DNA from: an uncultured bacterium
Lineage (GTDB): Bacteria > Hydrothermota > Hydrothermia > WGAB01
NCBI GenBank assembly: GCA_964406105.1
Contig: CAYOQK010000011.1
Location: forward strand, 1,110 to 65,109
Direction of reading: 5' to 3'
DNA length: 64,000 bases
Positions 45,469 through 55,365 of this stretch are shown here, one piece after another; positions within the stretch are counted from its first letter, which is position 1, and each line of letters opens with the position of its first letter. The notes beneath the pieces are model-generated. The model was not told the DNA's origin. It saw nothing but the letters and a program-made list of their open reading frames with translations, and made no database searches. The translations under genes and the position numbers were made by a program.

Positions 45469-46353
45469 ATGCGTATGGCGCCCCGGGTTTCGGTGATCTT
45501 TGTCAACTACCGTTCCCACGATTTGCTCCAGCGAGCGGTGGCTTCTCTTCGGAAAGCCCATCCCCCTGATCTGGTGGAAGTTTGGGTGGTGGATAACGGT
45601 TCACCACAACGGAAGCCCTTGAAATTCCCCGCTTCCTGGCAAGTGCATTGGCTCCCTCTCCGCCGCAACGTGGGTTACGGCCAAGCGGTAAACCTGGCAG
45701 CCCGTTTCGCCCGAGGAGAATACCTGGTGGCAGCCAACCCTGACCTGGAGTTCCGCAACCACGAAGTGCTCCAAATGGCCGAGTATCTGGACCGGCATCC
45801 CGAGGTGGGCGCTGTGGTTCCCCAGTACGTAAACCCCACCCCCCACGGTCTCAGGAAACAGCCCTCAGCCCGCCGCTTTCACCGAATCCCCTACCTGCTT
45901 TTCGGTAGAATCTCTCCCCTTTCCCGGCTGTGGCCCCACAACCGTTTTACCCGCGAGTTTATGGCCTTGGATACCCTGAAGGCCACACAACCCGTGGACA
46001 TTGAAGTAGGGATTGGGGCCTTTCTGATGGTGCGACGACACCTGTTTGAGCGTTTGGGAGGCTTTGATCCCCGCTTCTTCCTGTTCTCCGAGGATTCAGA
46101 CCTGTGCTACCGCATCTGGCAGGCGGGATTTCGGGTACAGTTGCTCCCCCAAGTGCAACTGCTTCATCACCACGGGGCTGTTCGCCGCCGGGCCCGCGCA
46201 CGCCCCCGCTATTGGCGAATGAAGGCCGTGCTCCTGTTCCTGCTGAAACACGGACACCTCTCCTGGCCCCTGCGAACCCTGCTCGCCCTGGGATTCGCCT
46301 GGAGCCTGGCCCTGTACCTTTTCCTGGAAGCCCTGGAGGTGGTGTTCCAGTGA
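45469..46353 (+). CDS. Family 2 glycosyltransferase
   Basis: VSVIFVNYRS ... VWVVDNGS is the GT2 N-terminal DxD-type fold. Confidence 0.7.
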   Translation: MRMAPRVSVIFVNYRSHDLLQRAVASLRKAHPPDLVEVWVVDNGSPQRKPLKFPASWQVHWLPLRRNVGYGQAVNLAARFARGEYLVAANPDLEFRNHEVLQMAEYLDRHPEVGAVVPQYVNPTPHGLRKQPSARRFHRIPYLLFGRISPLSRLWPHNRFTREFMALDTLKATQPVDIEVGIGAFLMVRRHLFERLGGFDPRFFLFSEDSDLCYRIWQAGFRVQLLPQVQLLHHHGAVRRRARARPRYWRMKAVLLFLLKHGHLSWPLRTLLALGFAWSLALYLFLEALEVVFQ

Positions 46354-47771
46354 AATCGCCCCACAAAACCCTGGTGAACGTCGGCGCCCTGTTCCTGGCC
46401 GATATGACCGCCGTGTTCACAGCCGTGGTCCTGGGCCAACTCCTCCGAAAGTCCGTGCTGCCCCACCTGTTGCCCATCTCGGCCGAGGTGCTCCCCCTCT
46501 CATTGCTCCGACACTACTGGTTCCTGCTGCTCCTCTGGCCCCTGGTGTTCGCCTACGAAGGTCTGTACCGCCGGAAATACCCCACGGAGGAGGAAACCCT
46601 TCTGATATTCCGGGGATCTGTGATCGCCACCCTGCTCTCGGCCACCGCCCTGTTCTACGTTCGGGGAATCCTGGTTTCCCGACTCCTAATCCTGGAAGTG
46701 TTCGTGCTCACCGTGGTGCTCGTGCCCCTGTTCCGCACAGGGGTGAAACGGCTGCTCATCCGGTGGGGCACCTGGCAGGCCCGGGCCCTGGTGGTGGGTA
46801 TGGACCGGTTCACGCACCGCTTGGTGCAGCATCTCCAACGGCACCCCGAACTGGGATACCGCGTCATCGGTGTGGTGTCGCCAGCCCCGGACCTGCCCTG
46901 CAGCCTCCCAAACCTTCCCTGTGTAGGCTCCTTGCAGGACTTGCCAAAGTTGCTCCAGAGGCAACGGCCTGAGGCCCTCATCGTATCGGGCTCTTTGGCC
47001 TCCCGCAGCGAAGTCCTGCAAATCCTGGAATCCCTGGCCCCCCACCTTCAGGAGGTGATCCTGGTTCCTGACCTTCGGGGGCTGAGGATCGCCAACATGG
47101 AGGTGGGGCAAATGGGCTCTGTGGCTGTCCTCCAACTACGACAGCCCCTTCTGACCCGCCCGAACCTGCTCATCAAACGGGCCTTTGATCTGGTGGTGGC
47201 CAGCCTCACCCTGCTGCTGCTTTTGCCCCTTTTCGTGGCCATCGCCGCGGCCATCAAACTCACCTCCCGGGGGCCGGTGTTCTACGTACAACCCCGGGTG
47301 GGCCTGGGTGGAAAGGTGTTTCCGTGCTACAAGTTCCGCACCATGTACCAGGACTCGGAAGAGCGGCTCCAACGGCTCCTGGCCCAAGATCCTGAAGCCC
47401 GGCGGCAATGGGAAACCTACCGCAAACTGCCCAACGATCCCCGGGTTACACCGGTGGGGCGATTCCTTCGGCGGTACAGCCTGGACGAACTGCCTCAACT
47501 GTGGAACGTGCTCAAAGGCGACATGAGCCTGGTGGGCCCCCGACCCTATCTGGAATCCGAACTGCCCCACCTCTCCCACGACATCCGGGTGATCACCTCG
47601 GTGAAGCCAGGGATCACCGGACTTTGGCAGGTATCGGGCCGCAGCAACGTGCCCTTTGAGGAACGGTCGCTGCTGGACGAGTACTACGTGAGGAACTGGT
47701 CCCTGTGGCTGGACCTCATGATCCTGGTGAAAACCCTTTGGGTGATTTTGAAGGGCGAGGGGGCTTATTAG
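46350..47771 (+). CDS. Exopolysaccharide polyprenyl-phosphate glycosyl-1-phosphate transferase (bacterial sugar transferase family)
   Basis: GTG start overlaps the GT2 stop (GTGA). There are N-terminal TM helices, and C-terminal SLVGPRPYLESE ... PGITGLWQVSGRS is the conserved sugar-transferase domain. Confidence 0.75.
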   Translation: MKSPHKTLVNVGALFLADMTAVFTAVVLGQLLRKSVLPHLLPISAEVLPLSLLRHYWFLLLLWPLVFAYEGLYRRKYPTEEETLLIFRGSVIATLLSATALFYVRGILVSRLLILEVFVLTVVLVPLFRTGVKRLLIRWGTWQARALVVGMDRFTHRLVQHLQRHPELGYRVIGVVSPAPDLPCSLPNLPCVGSLQDLPKLLQRQRPEALIVSGSLASRSEVLQILESLAPHLQEVILVPDLRGLRIANMEVGQMGSVAVLQLRQPLLTRPNLLIKRAFDLVVASLTLLLLLPLFVAIAAAIKLTSRGPVFYVQPRVGLGGKVFPCYKFRTMYQDSEERLQRLLAQDPEARRQWETYRKLPNDPRVTPVGRFLRRYSLDELPQLWNVLKGDMSLVGPRPYLESELPHLSHDIRVITSVKPGITGLWQVSGRSNVPFEERSLLDEYYVRNWSLWLDLMILVKTLWVILKGEGAY

Positions 47772-47812
47772 GCCCTTAAAATTAGGAATCCAAACTCCAA
47801 ACAAGGAGAGGC

Positions 47813-48931
47813 GTGATGATCGTTGGCGTTCCCAAGGAGATCAAAACAGAGGAGTACCGCGTGGCCATCACCCCCTCCGGGGTCCACAGCCTTATAGACC
47901 ACGGGCACCAGGTGATCATTGAAAAGGGGGCTGGCCTGGGGAGTGGCATCACCGACGACATGTATCGTCAGGAAGGGGCCGAGATCGTGGACACCCACGA
48001 GGAGGTGTTCCAGCGGGCCGACATGATCCTCAAGGTGAAGGAACCCCTGCCCGCAGAATACGAGTTGCTGAGGGAGGGGCAGGTGGTGTTCACCTATTTC
48101 CACTTTGCGGCTTCCCGTGAACTCACCGAGGCCATGCTCCGCCAGAAGATCGTTGCGGTGGCTTACGAAACCGTGGAGCAGGCCGACGGCTCGCTGCCCC
48201 TCCTGATCCCTATGAGCGAAGTGGCGGGCCGGATGGCCCCTCAGGAGGGGGCCAAGTACATTGAACGGCCCCAGGGCGGCTTGGGAATCCTGTTGGGTGG
48301 TGTTCCCGGTGTTCCCCCGGCCAAAGTGCTCATCATCGGCGGTGGCACCGTGGGCACCAATGCGGCAAAGATCGCCTTGGGCATGGGCGCCGACGTGACC
48401 ATCATGGACATCAACCCCGCCCGTCTGCGGTACCTGTCCGAGATCTTCCCATCCATCAAGACCATGATGTCTACCCCCTACAACGTACGGGAATGTGTGA
48501 AACAGGCCGACATGGTGATCCTGGCGGTGCTGATCCATGGAGCCCGGGCACCGAAACTCATCACCCGCGAGATGCTGAAGGAGATGAAGGAAGGCGCCAT
48601 TATTGTGGACGTGGCCATTGACCAGGGCGGCAGCGCTGAAACCTCTCGGCCCACCACCCATCGGGAACCGGTGTACACCGTGGATGGCGTGGTGCACTAC
48701 TGCGTGGCCAACATGCCTGGCGCCGTACCCCGCACCTCTACCTTTGCCCTCACCAATGTGACCCTGCCCTATGCGTTGGAACTGGCCGATAAGGGATGGG
48801 AACGTGCCGTACGGGAAAACCCGGAACTGGCCAAGGGCGTAAACATGGCCTACGGCTACCTTACCTATCAGGCTGTAGCCGAGGCCTTTGACTTGGAGTA
48901 CACTCCCTTAGAGCAAGTGCTTCAGGGGTAA
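47813..48931 (+). CDS. ald: Alanine dehydrogenase
   Basis: MIVGVPKEIKTEEYRVAITPSGV is the canonical Ald N-terminus, with the NAD-binding motif IIGGGTVG. Confidence 0.9.
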   Translation: MMIVGVPKEIKTEEYRVAITPSGVHSLIDHGHQVIIEKGAGLGSGITDDMYRQEGAEIVDTHEEVFQRADMILKVKEPLPAEYELLREGQVVFTYFHFAASRELTEAMLRQKIVAVAYETVEQADGSLPLLIPMSEVAGRMAPQEGAKYIERPQGGLGILLGGVPGVPPAKVLIIGGGTVGTNAAKIALGMGADVTIMDINPARLRYLSEIFPSIKTMMSTPYNVRECVKQADMVILAVLIHGARAPKLITREMLKEMKEGAIIVDVAIDQGGSAETSRPTTHREPVYTVDGVVHYCVANMPGAVPRTSTFALTNVTLPYALELADKGWERAVRENPELAKGVNMAYGYLTYQAVAEAFDLEYTPLEQVLQG

Positions 48932-48974
48932 CGGCGAGTTCCGCCGTTTCACCTACCCAGGGCCTCCGAAATCA

Positions 48975-49022
48975 CCGTCGTAGGGGAAAAGCCTCCACCT
49001 CCGGTGGATCTTTCTCCCTACG
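48975..49022. terminator. Inverted repeat between the convergent genes ald and mvhA, possibly a bidirectional terminator
   Basis: cgtcgtaggg ... ccctacgacg is a 10-bp stem enclosing an inner ccacc/ggtgg stem. There is no strong T tract. Confidence 0.35.
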
Positions 49023-50481
49023 ACGAAACCAGGCGGTGGAGCAGGCGGCCCTGGAGGTTCCGGATCTCAATCTCCAAGGGGATGCCTCCTGGCAGGCTGT
49101 GGGTGGCGCAGGCGTGGCACGGGTCGTAGGCCCGGAACGCCATTTCCACCAGGTTCAAGAGCCCCTCGTCCACCTTCCCGTTGTCTAATCGCACCAAATC
49201 GCGGGCGGCCTTATCCACACTCAGGGCGATGCGGGCCGCGTTGTTCTGGGTGGCCACGATGAGGTTGGCCTCTTGGATGATCCCCCGCTCATCGGTCTTA
49301 TAGTGGTGGATGAGGGTACCGCGGGGCGCTTCAATCACACCGAAGCCCTCCTGAGGCGTGGCCTCGGGCAGGTTCCGGATCTCTGGTGAGGTGATCAGCG
49401 GGTCGTTGGCCAACTGCTGGATCCTCTCTGCAGCCTGCACCATCTCAATCACCCGGGCCCAGTGGTTCGCCAGGGTCTGATGGGCCGGTTTGCCCCCCAG
49501 AACCTCGTAGAACTGCTCGTAGAACTCCTGGGCCTTCGGGGTTTTCATGCCCTCGGCTGCGTTGAGCCGAGCCAGCGGCGCCACCGCATACACACCGGAA
49601 TCCGGGCCGTCCACAAAGCCCTTCCAACCAACCCTCTTGAGGAACGGGAACTTCACATAGGTCCAGGGTTCTACATGCTCAGCAATGTGGTTCAGGTACT
49701 CCCGCACCGGGAACTTGACGAACTCCTTGCCTTGGGGATCCACCACACGGATCTGGCCGTCGTAGAAGTCCACGCGCTGGTTCTCGTCCACAAGGCCCAT
49801 GTAGTAGGTGCGATGGGTGTAGGTTTCGGACATGATGAGGTCCACGTACTCGCTGTTGCCCAGCACCAGATCCTGGAAAACCTTGTGGGTGAACAGGGCG
49901 AAATCCACGGCATCGTCGGCGATTTTCCGGATCTCTTCAGCCTCCTCGCGGGAAAGGCCTCGCGACACTCCTCCAGGCAAGCCACACACCGGGTGAATGG
50001 TTTTGCCCCCTAAGAGCTGCTCAATCCAGCGGAGTCGCTTGCGGGTTTCAATCACCCGTTTGCCCACTTCCAGGCCCACCTTTTGGATCACGCCCAGCAC
50101 GTTGCGTTGGGCCTTTGGGGCCTTGGGCCCGACGATGAAATCGGGCCCACCCAAGATGTACACGTGGAGCGCGTGGTCCTCCAGCATGAACACGTTGTAC
50201 ACGAGTTCCCGAAGTTTGCGGGCAGGCTCTGGAGGTTCCACTTTCCAGAGGTCATCCAAGGCCTTTGCCGAGGCAAAGTGGTGGGCCCAGGGGCAAACGC
50301 CGCAGATCCGAGCGGTGATCTGGGGCATTTCCTCAGCAGGACGGCCCCGGGCGAAGATCTCAAACCCCCGCAGCTCCGGCACCACAAAGTAGGCCTTTTC
50401 CACCTGGCCGTGATCGTTGACGAAGATCTCTATCTTTCCATGGCCTTCCAAGCGGGTGATGGGATCAATGGTGATCTTCAT
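49018..50481 (-). CDS. mvhA: [NiFe] hydrogenase large subunit, MvhA-like (group 3)
   Basis: MKITIDPITRLEGHGKIEIF ... RICGVCPWAHH is the N-terminal Ni-binding CxxC. C-terminal DPCHACATH is the DPCxxCxxH motif. The start ATG 50481 overlaps the upstream stop. The ORF track's extension to 50961 is spurious. Confidence 0.85.
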   Translation of the reverse strand: MKITIDPITRLEGHGKIEIFVNDHGQVEKAYFVVPELRGFEIFARGRPAEEMPQITARICGVCPWAHHFASAKALDDLWKVEPPEPARKLRELVYNVFMLEDHALHVYILGGPDFIVGPKAPKAQRNVLGVIQKVGLEVGKRVIETRKRLRWIEQLLGGKTIHPVCGLPGGVSRGLSREEAEEIRKIADDAVDFALFTHKVFQDLVLGNSEYVDLIMSETYTHRTYYMGLVDENQRVDFYDGQIRVVDPQGKEFVKFPVREYLNHIAEHVEPWTYVKFPFLKRVGWKGFVDGPDSGVYAVAPLARLNAAEGMKTPKAQEFYEQFYEVLGGKPAHQTLANHWARVIEMVQAAERIQQLANDPLITSPEIRNLPEATPQEGFGVIEAPRGTLIHHYKTDERGIIQEANLIVATQNNAARIALSVDKAARDLVRLDNGKVDEGLLNLVEMAFRAYDPCHACATHSLPGGIPLEIEIRNLQGRLLHRLVSS

Positions 50482-51467
50482 GACGATTTCCCTCCCATGT
50501 TCTTTCGCCGAATCAGCGATGCTGGCAGGGAGTACTTGTAGAAGGTACCCACGGGGTCGGGGATCTTCTCCAGTATCCGGTCCAGATCGTCCTCTTCGGT
50601 GTAATCCAGGATTGAGGCCAGTGCTCCCAAGCCCTTCGCCCCGAAGTCCTGGATGTGATCCATGGGACCGAAACACCCTGTACAAGGCATATGGGCGTTG
50701 ATGCAAAGGGCCCCACACCCCCCTCGGGTCACGGGACCCAAGCAAAGGAGCCCTTGGGCCAGCAAACACTCGTCGGGCTTGGGGACCACCTCGTGGGGGC
50801 GTTTCACGTCCTTGATAAGGAGCTTCTCGGGTTTGGTTTCGTTCAGGGGGCACTCGTGGCACAGGGCACGATCGCCTGCCAGCACACTGCCCTTTGGAGG
50901 CAGGTTCCCCTGTAGGAGTTTCATCACCGCGTCTTTCACGATGTGGGGTGGTGGGGGACAACCGGGGATGTAGTAGTCCACCTCAATGACCTGGTCCAGG
51001 GCCCGGGCGGTGTCCCAGAACTCGGGCAGCTCAAAGGCGTGGCCGTTGGCTTTGAAATCAGGGGTAGGAACTGCGCCAGAGGGATTATGTACCGTGGGAC
51101 CTTCGTGGTAGTACCATTGGAAAATCTCTTGGCGGTTGGACAGATTGGCGAGGCCGGGGATCCCACCCAGGTGGGCACAACTCCCAAAGGCAAACACAAG
51201 CTGGGACTTTTTCCGGAGGAGTTTCACCCATTCCTCGTGTTCCGAGAGACGAACGGTGCCATTGATGAAGGAGGCCACAATGGCGCCATCGGGCAGGGCT
51301 TCCACGTCTTTCTTCTTAAAGTCCATGGCCACTGGCCAGAGCACGATGTCCACAGCCTCGGCCACGGTCAGCAGGTCTTCGGCCAGGTCCACCACGGCCT
51401 CTTCGCAGCCGCCGCAGGACCCGCACCAGTAAAAGGCCACCTTAGGTTTCTCAGCCATGGTGTCCAC
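50478..51467 (-). CDS. mvhG: [NiFe] hydrogenase small subunit, MvhG-like
   Basis: KVAFYWCGSCGGCEE is the proximal FeS cluster motif of group 3 small subunits. Confidence 0.8.
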   Translation of the reverse strand: MDTMAEKPKVAFYWCGSCGGCEEAVVDLAEDLLTVAEAVDIVLWPVAMDFKKKDVEALPDGAIVASFINGTVRLSEHEEWVKLLRKKSQLVFAFGSCAHLGGIPGLANLSNRQEIFQWYYHEGPTVHNPSGAVPTPDFKANGHAFELPEFWDTARALDQVIEVDYYIPGCPPPPHIVKDAVMKLLQGNLPPKGSVLAGDRALCHECPLNETKPEKLLIKDVKRPHEVVPKPDECLLAQGLLCLGPVTRGGCGALCINAHMPCTGCFGPMDHIQDFGAKGLGALASILDYTEEDDLDRILEKIPDPVGTFYKYSLPASLIRRKNMGGKSS

Positions 51468-51912
51468 CTCCGGCCGTGCCCACGGCCTCTGGGGCCTGGG
51501 GAGTTTCCTGGATCCGGAGTGGCCCCAGGCGGCGCAGGGTTTCGGTCATCTCATCAATCACCTGCTTCACCTTTTCGCCCTCGGAGGCGGAGATCCACTC
51601 CAAGCGCACGCGTTCCCGCTCAATCCCCAGTTGGTCCAGGAGTTTTTGGAGCAACTTGAACCGCCGCAGGGCTTTGTAGTTTCCCTCCTGGTAATGGCAA
51701 TCGCCGGGATGGCACCCAGCGATCAGCACTCCATCGGCACCGTGTTTAAAGGCCCAGAACACCATTTGGGGATCAAACCGGCCGGAGCACATCACCCGGA
51801 CAATGCGCACGTTGGGGGCGTACTTCATCCGGGAGATGCCGGCCAGGTCCGCGGCGGTGTAGGCGCACCAATTGCAGAAGATGCCCACGATCTTGGGCTC
51901 ATAGGCGCTCAT
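51451..51912 (-). CDS. mvhD: Methyl-viologen-reducing hydrogenase delta subunit
   Basis: IVGIFCNWCAYTAADLAG ... RVMCSGR ... GCHPGDCHY is the MvhD [2Fe-2S] Cys pattern. Confidence 0.8.
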   Translation of the reverse strand: MSAYEPKIVGIFCNWCAYTAADLAGISRMKYAPNVRIVRVMCSGRFDPQMVFWAFKHGADGVLIAGCHPGDCHYQEGNYKALRRFKLLQKLLDQLGIERERVRLEWISASEGEKVKQVIDEMTETLRRLGPLRIQETPQAPEAVGTAGGGHHG

Positions 51913-53897
51913 AGCAGCACCCCCATGATTTCAGAGAACACCTCATGGTCGCTGAACAGGTTTTGGCTCAAGGCACCCGAAGGACAGGCGGCCGTGCAGG
52001 TGCCGCAGCCCTTGCACAGGGCCTCATTGACCTCTGCCACCTTCTTTTCCTCGTTGAAGGAGATGGCCCCATAGGGGCACAGGCCGATGCAGATGTGGCA
52101 GCCGGAGCAGAGTTCTTCGTCCACTTGGGCCACGTTGGGTTCAATGAGCACCGACCCCTTGTCCATCAGGGCCAAGGCATTGGCTGCGGCTGCTTGGGCT
52201 TGGGCCACGGTCTCGGGGATGTCCTTGGGCCCCTGGCAGGCACCGGCTACGAACACACCATCCGTGAAGGTTTCCACGGGGGCCAACTTGGGGTGCCGCT
52301 CCAGGAACCAACCCTCGTTGGAACAGGAGATGTTGAACAGCCGCCGTACATCCTCAGCATCGGGTTGGGGTTCTAAGCCCACGGCCAGCACCACCATGTC
52401 CACAGGGATCCGTCGGACCACCCCGATGTTGGTGTCTTCCACCCGGATGATGAGTTTGCCTTCTTCTTCAGGGTGCAGCGGGGCGTCGGTTACCTCGGCG
52501 ACACGGCCCCGGATCAAGTGCACCCCTTCCTTGGCCAGGCGGTTGTAGAACTCTTCATAGCCCTTGCCTGGAGTTCGCATGTCAATGTAGAAGTTGTAGA
52601 CCTCGGCCCCACTTCGTTCGTGGATCAGGTGGGCGAGTTTCAAGGAGTACATACAGCACACCTTGGAACACCAGGGGTTCGTATTCTTGTCCCGGGAACC
52701 TACACAGTGGATGATGCCCACGCGTTTGGGTTTCTGGCCGTTCCGCATGACCACCTCGCCTCCAGTGGGGCCAGAGGAGTTCACCAGCCGTTCAATCTCC
52801 AGGGAGGTGTACACCTCCGGATACTTGCCATAGCCGTACTTGGGGGTCCGATGCGGGTCAAAGGTCTTGAAGCCTGTGGCCAGGATGATGGTGCCCACCT
52901 CCAGTTCCAGGGTTTCGGGTTGCATGTCAAAGTCAATGGCATTGCGATCGCCACAGGCCTCCACACAGGTCTTTTTGCACTTGCCCAGCCGCAGGTACAG
53001 ACAGGTTTCAGGGTCTATGGTGACCACTGGTGGCACGGCCTGGGGGAAGGGGATGTACACCGGCTTCCGCTTGGAAAGGCCTAAATCAAACTCGTTGGGG
53101 AACCGTGGCTCTTTGAACACACAGGCTTCAATGCACTCCAAGCAACCCACACACCGGTCTTCGTGCACGTAGCGGGGTTTTTTTCGCACTTTGACCTTGA
53201 AGTTGCCCACGTAGCCGTCCACCTCTTCCACTTCGCTGTAGGTGAGCAGGGTGATGTTGGGGTGATCCTTCACCGCGGTCATCTTGGGGGTGAGGATGCA
53301 GGCGGCACAGTCCAGGGTGGGAAAGGTCTTGTCAAACTTGGCCATATGGCCACCGATGGTGGGTTCCCGTTCCACAAGATACACGTGCTTGCCGGCTTCG
53401 GCCAGGGTGAGGGCCGCAGTGATTCCAGCGATGCCCCCACCCACCACCAGGGCGCTCTCGCGCACCGGAACGGACTGGGGTTCCAGGGGTTTTTGCCAGG
53501 CCACCCGAAGCACGGCGCCGTGCACGATGGCCTTGGCCTTTCGGGTGGCTTCCTCTTCGTCGTCGTGCACCCAGGACACGTCCTCGCGGATGTTCACATG
53601 GTGCACCAGGTAAGGGTTCAGGCCACCTTCAGCGGTGGCCTTGCGAAAGGTGTGCTCGTGGAGGAGGGGTGAGCAGGAGGCTACCACGATGCGATTCAAC
53701 CCATACTCCTGGATATCGCGTTTGATCAGATCTTGGCCCGGGTCGGAGCACATGTACTTGTACTCGCGGGCCACCACCACGCCGGGCAGGTTCTTGGCGT
53801 ATTCCACCACCTCTGGCACCCGAACCTTACCGGCGATGTTGGTGCCGCAGTCGCATACATACACGCCAATGCGGGGAACTTCGCCGTTGCCCTTCAT
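51909..53897 (-). CDS. hdrA: Heterodisulfide reductase subunit A (FAD/FeS)
   Basis: Start ATG 53897 is preceded by GGAGG (MKGNGEVPRIGVYVCDCGTNIAG). FAD-binding GGGIAG and multiple CxxCxxCxxxCP ferredoxin motifs are present. The upstream 102-codon extension in the ORF track is ignored. Confidence 0.85.
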   Translation of the reverse strand: MKGNGEVPRIGVYVCDCGTNIAGKVRVPEVVEYAKNLPGVVVAREYKYMCSDPGQDLIKRDIQEYGLNRIVVASCSPLLHEHTFRKATAEGGLNPYLVHHVNIREDVSWVHDDEEEATRKAKAIVHGAVLRVAWQKPLEPQSVPVRESALVVGGGIAGITAALTLAEAGKHVYLVEREPTIGGHMAKFDKTFPTLDCAACILTPKMTAVKDHPNITLLTYSEVEEVDGYVGNFKVKVRKKPRYVHEDRCVGCLECIEACVFKEPRFPNEFDLGLSKRKPVYIPFPQAVPPVVTIDPETCLYLRLGKCKKTCVEACGDRNAIDFDMQPETLELEVGTIILATGFKTFDPHRTPKYGYGKYPEVYTSLEIERLVNSSGPTGGEVVMRNGQKPKRVGIIHCVGSRDKNTNPWCSKVCCMYSLKLAHLIHERSGAEVYNFYIDMRTPGKGYEEFYNRLAKEGVHLIRGRVAEVTDAPLHPEEEGKLIIRVEDTNIGVVRRIPVDMVVLAVGLEPQPDAEDVRRLFNISCSNEGWFLERHPKLAPVETFTDGVFVAGACQGPKDIPETVAQAQAAAANALALMDKGSVLIEPNVAQVDEELCSGCHICIGLCPYGAISFNEEKKVAEVNEALCKGCGTCTAACPSGALSQNLFSDHEVFSEIMGVLL

Positions 53898-54775
53898 GAC
53901 ACCGCCTCCTGAAGAATGGCATGTCTGGGCTGGAAGGGAATGAGATGGCGATGCAGCCCGAGCTTCTCCGGGGGCAACCCCAAGGCCAAGCCCAGCAGTT
54001 GGGTGAAGTACAGCACGGGGATCCGTTCCTGGATGCCGTTGTTCCCCAGGGCCTCCTGTTGGAAAGCCTCCAGGTTGAACTGGCACAGGGGGCAAGTGGT
54101 CACAATCACCTGAGCACCTTGGCGCAGGGCCTCCCGCAGGAGGATATGCACCATTCGCACCCCGGCCTCTCGGATGACCCCGGTGAGGGCACCGCCACAG
54201 CACCGGGTGCGATAGGCATAGGGCACCACCTCGGCACCGGTCACCTCAATGAAATCCTCCAGGATGGTGGTGTTCCAGGGGTCTTCCACGATGGGGAAGG
54301 GGCGGGCCAACAGGCACCCGTAATAGGGCACCACCCGCAACCCTTTGAGGGGTTTCTGGATGCGTTTCCGAATCTCCTCCAGCCCGGGGGTTTCCTGAAG
54401 CACCTGGAGGGGATGCCTCACTGGGATCTCGTTGCCGAGTTGAAGACCCAGTCGCTCCAGAGTTTGTTCAATGCGCTGCCGCATGTCCGGGTACTGCTGC
54501 AGGTACCTTTGGGTTTTGGTGAGCACCAGGTAACAGTTGGGGCACGGGGCAACGATGGGATCGCCCCGGCGATGGGCCAGGGCCAGGTTGCGGGCGGCCA
54601 GGGCAAAGGCGGTACACTCGTCAATGCTGGAGTACGCTGTGGCACCGCAGCAGTTCCACGCTTCCAGTTCCTGGAAAGGCACGCCGAGAGCCTCAAACAC
54701 TGCCCGCGTGGACTCGTCGTAACTCTTGCCGGTGCCGAGGAGCGAGCAGCCCGGATAGTAGGCGTAGCCGCTCAT
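53894..54775 (-). CDS. hdrB: Heterodisulfide reductase subunit B (two CCG domains)
   Basis: MSGYAYYPGCSL ... NCCGA ... RCCGG are the CCG-domain Cys motifs. Confidence 0.8.
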   Translation of the reverse strand: MSGYAYYPGCSLLGTGKSYDESTRAVFEALGVPFQELEAWNCCGATAYSSIDECTAFALAARNLALAHRRGDPIVAPCPNCYLVLTKTQRYLQQYPDMRQRIEQTLERLGLQLGNEIPVRHPLQVLQETPGLEEIRKRIQKPLKGLRVVPYYGCLLARPFPIVEDPWNTTILEDFIEVTGAEVVPYAYRTRCCGGALTGVIREAGVRMVHILLREALRQGAQVIVTTCPLCQFNLEAFQQEALGNNGIQERIPVLYFTQLLGLALGLPPEKLGLHRHLIPFQPRHAILQEAVS

Positions 54776-55365
54776 GATTTTTCACCTCCAGTTTGTTCCT
54801 CCAGGCACTCCAGCAGGGCTTGCACTTCACCGGGATTGGGGATTCGCTCCGTACCGAAGGCGCTGAGTCGTCCAGTGCGCCAAAGTTTGAAGCCCAGGGG
54901 TGCCATCTTGAGCATGGTCCCCAGGCCTGCGCGCCGGTACAGCCGCATCATGACCTTGCGCTCGGTGGCACGACCATCCTCCTTGACCGTCTGGAAAAAG
55001 GATTCAGCCAGCAACCGAGTGAGAACCTTCCTGGGGCCGTAGCCCTCTTTGATGGCGCGCTGTTTCAAGGCATACATCACATCCGTGACCTTGATGCCCA
55101 CTGGGCACTCCACGGTGCAGGCGTAACAAGAGGAGCAAAGCCAAATGGTGAGGGAGGAAAGAACCTCGTGTTTGAACCCCTCCCGGGTCATGGCAATGAT
55201 TCGGCGGGGCGTGAGGTCCATGTAGATGGACACAGGACAGGCCGCGGAGCACGCGCCACACTGGATACACTCAAAGAGGGTTTCGGCCCCAGGAGACTGG
55301 GCAATCTCGTAGGCGAACTGGCGGTCCAGTTCCGCCTCGTACTTGATGGTCCTCTGGATCTCCAT
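54772..55365 (-). CDS. hdrC: Heterodisulfide reductase subunit C (2x[4Fe-4S])
   Basis: Start ATG 55365 follows AAGGAGGG. CIQCGACSAACPV and CSSCYACTVECPV are the two ferredoxin motifs. Confidence 0.8.
   Translation of the reverse strand: MEIQRTIKYEAELDRQFAYEIAQSPGAETLFECIQCGACSAACPVSIYMDLTPRRIIAMTREGFKHEVLSSLTIWLCSSCYACTVECPVGIKVTDVMYALKQRAIKEGYGPRKVLTRLLAESFFQTVKEDGRATERKVMMRLYRRAGLGTMLKMAPLGFKLWRTGRLSAFGTERIPNPGEVQALLECLEEQTGGEKS

Noticed and set aside
49462-50013. Plus-strand ORFs inside the hydrogenase/hdr cluster (49462-50013, 50083-50541, 53163-53672 and others)
   Set aside because: They are antisense to strongly supported mvh/hdr genes and have no motifs or RBSs.
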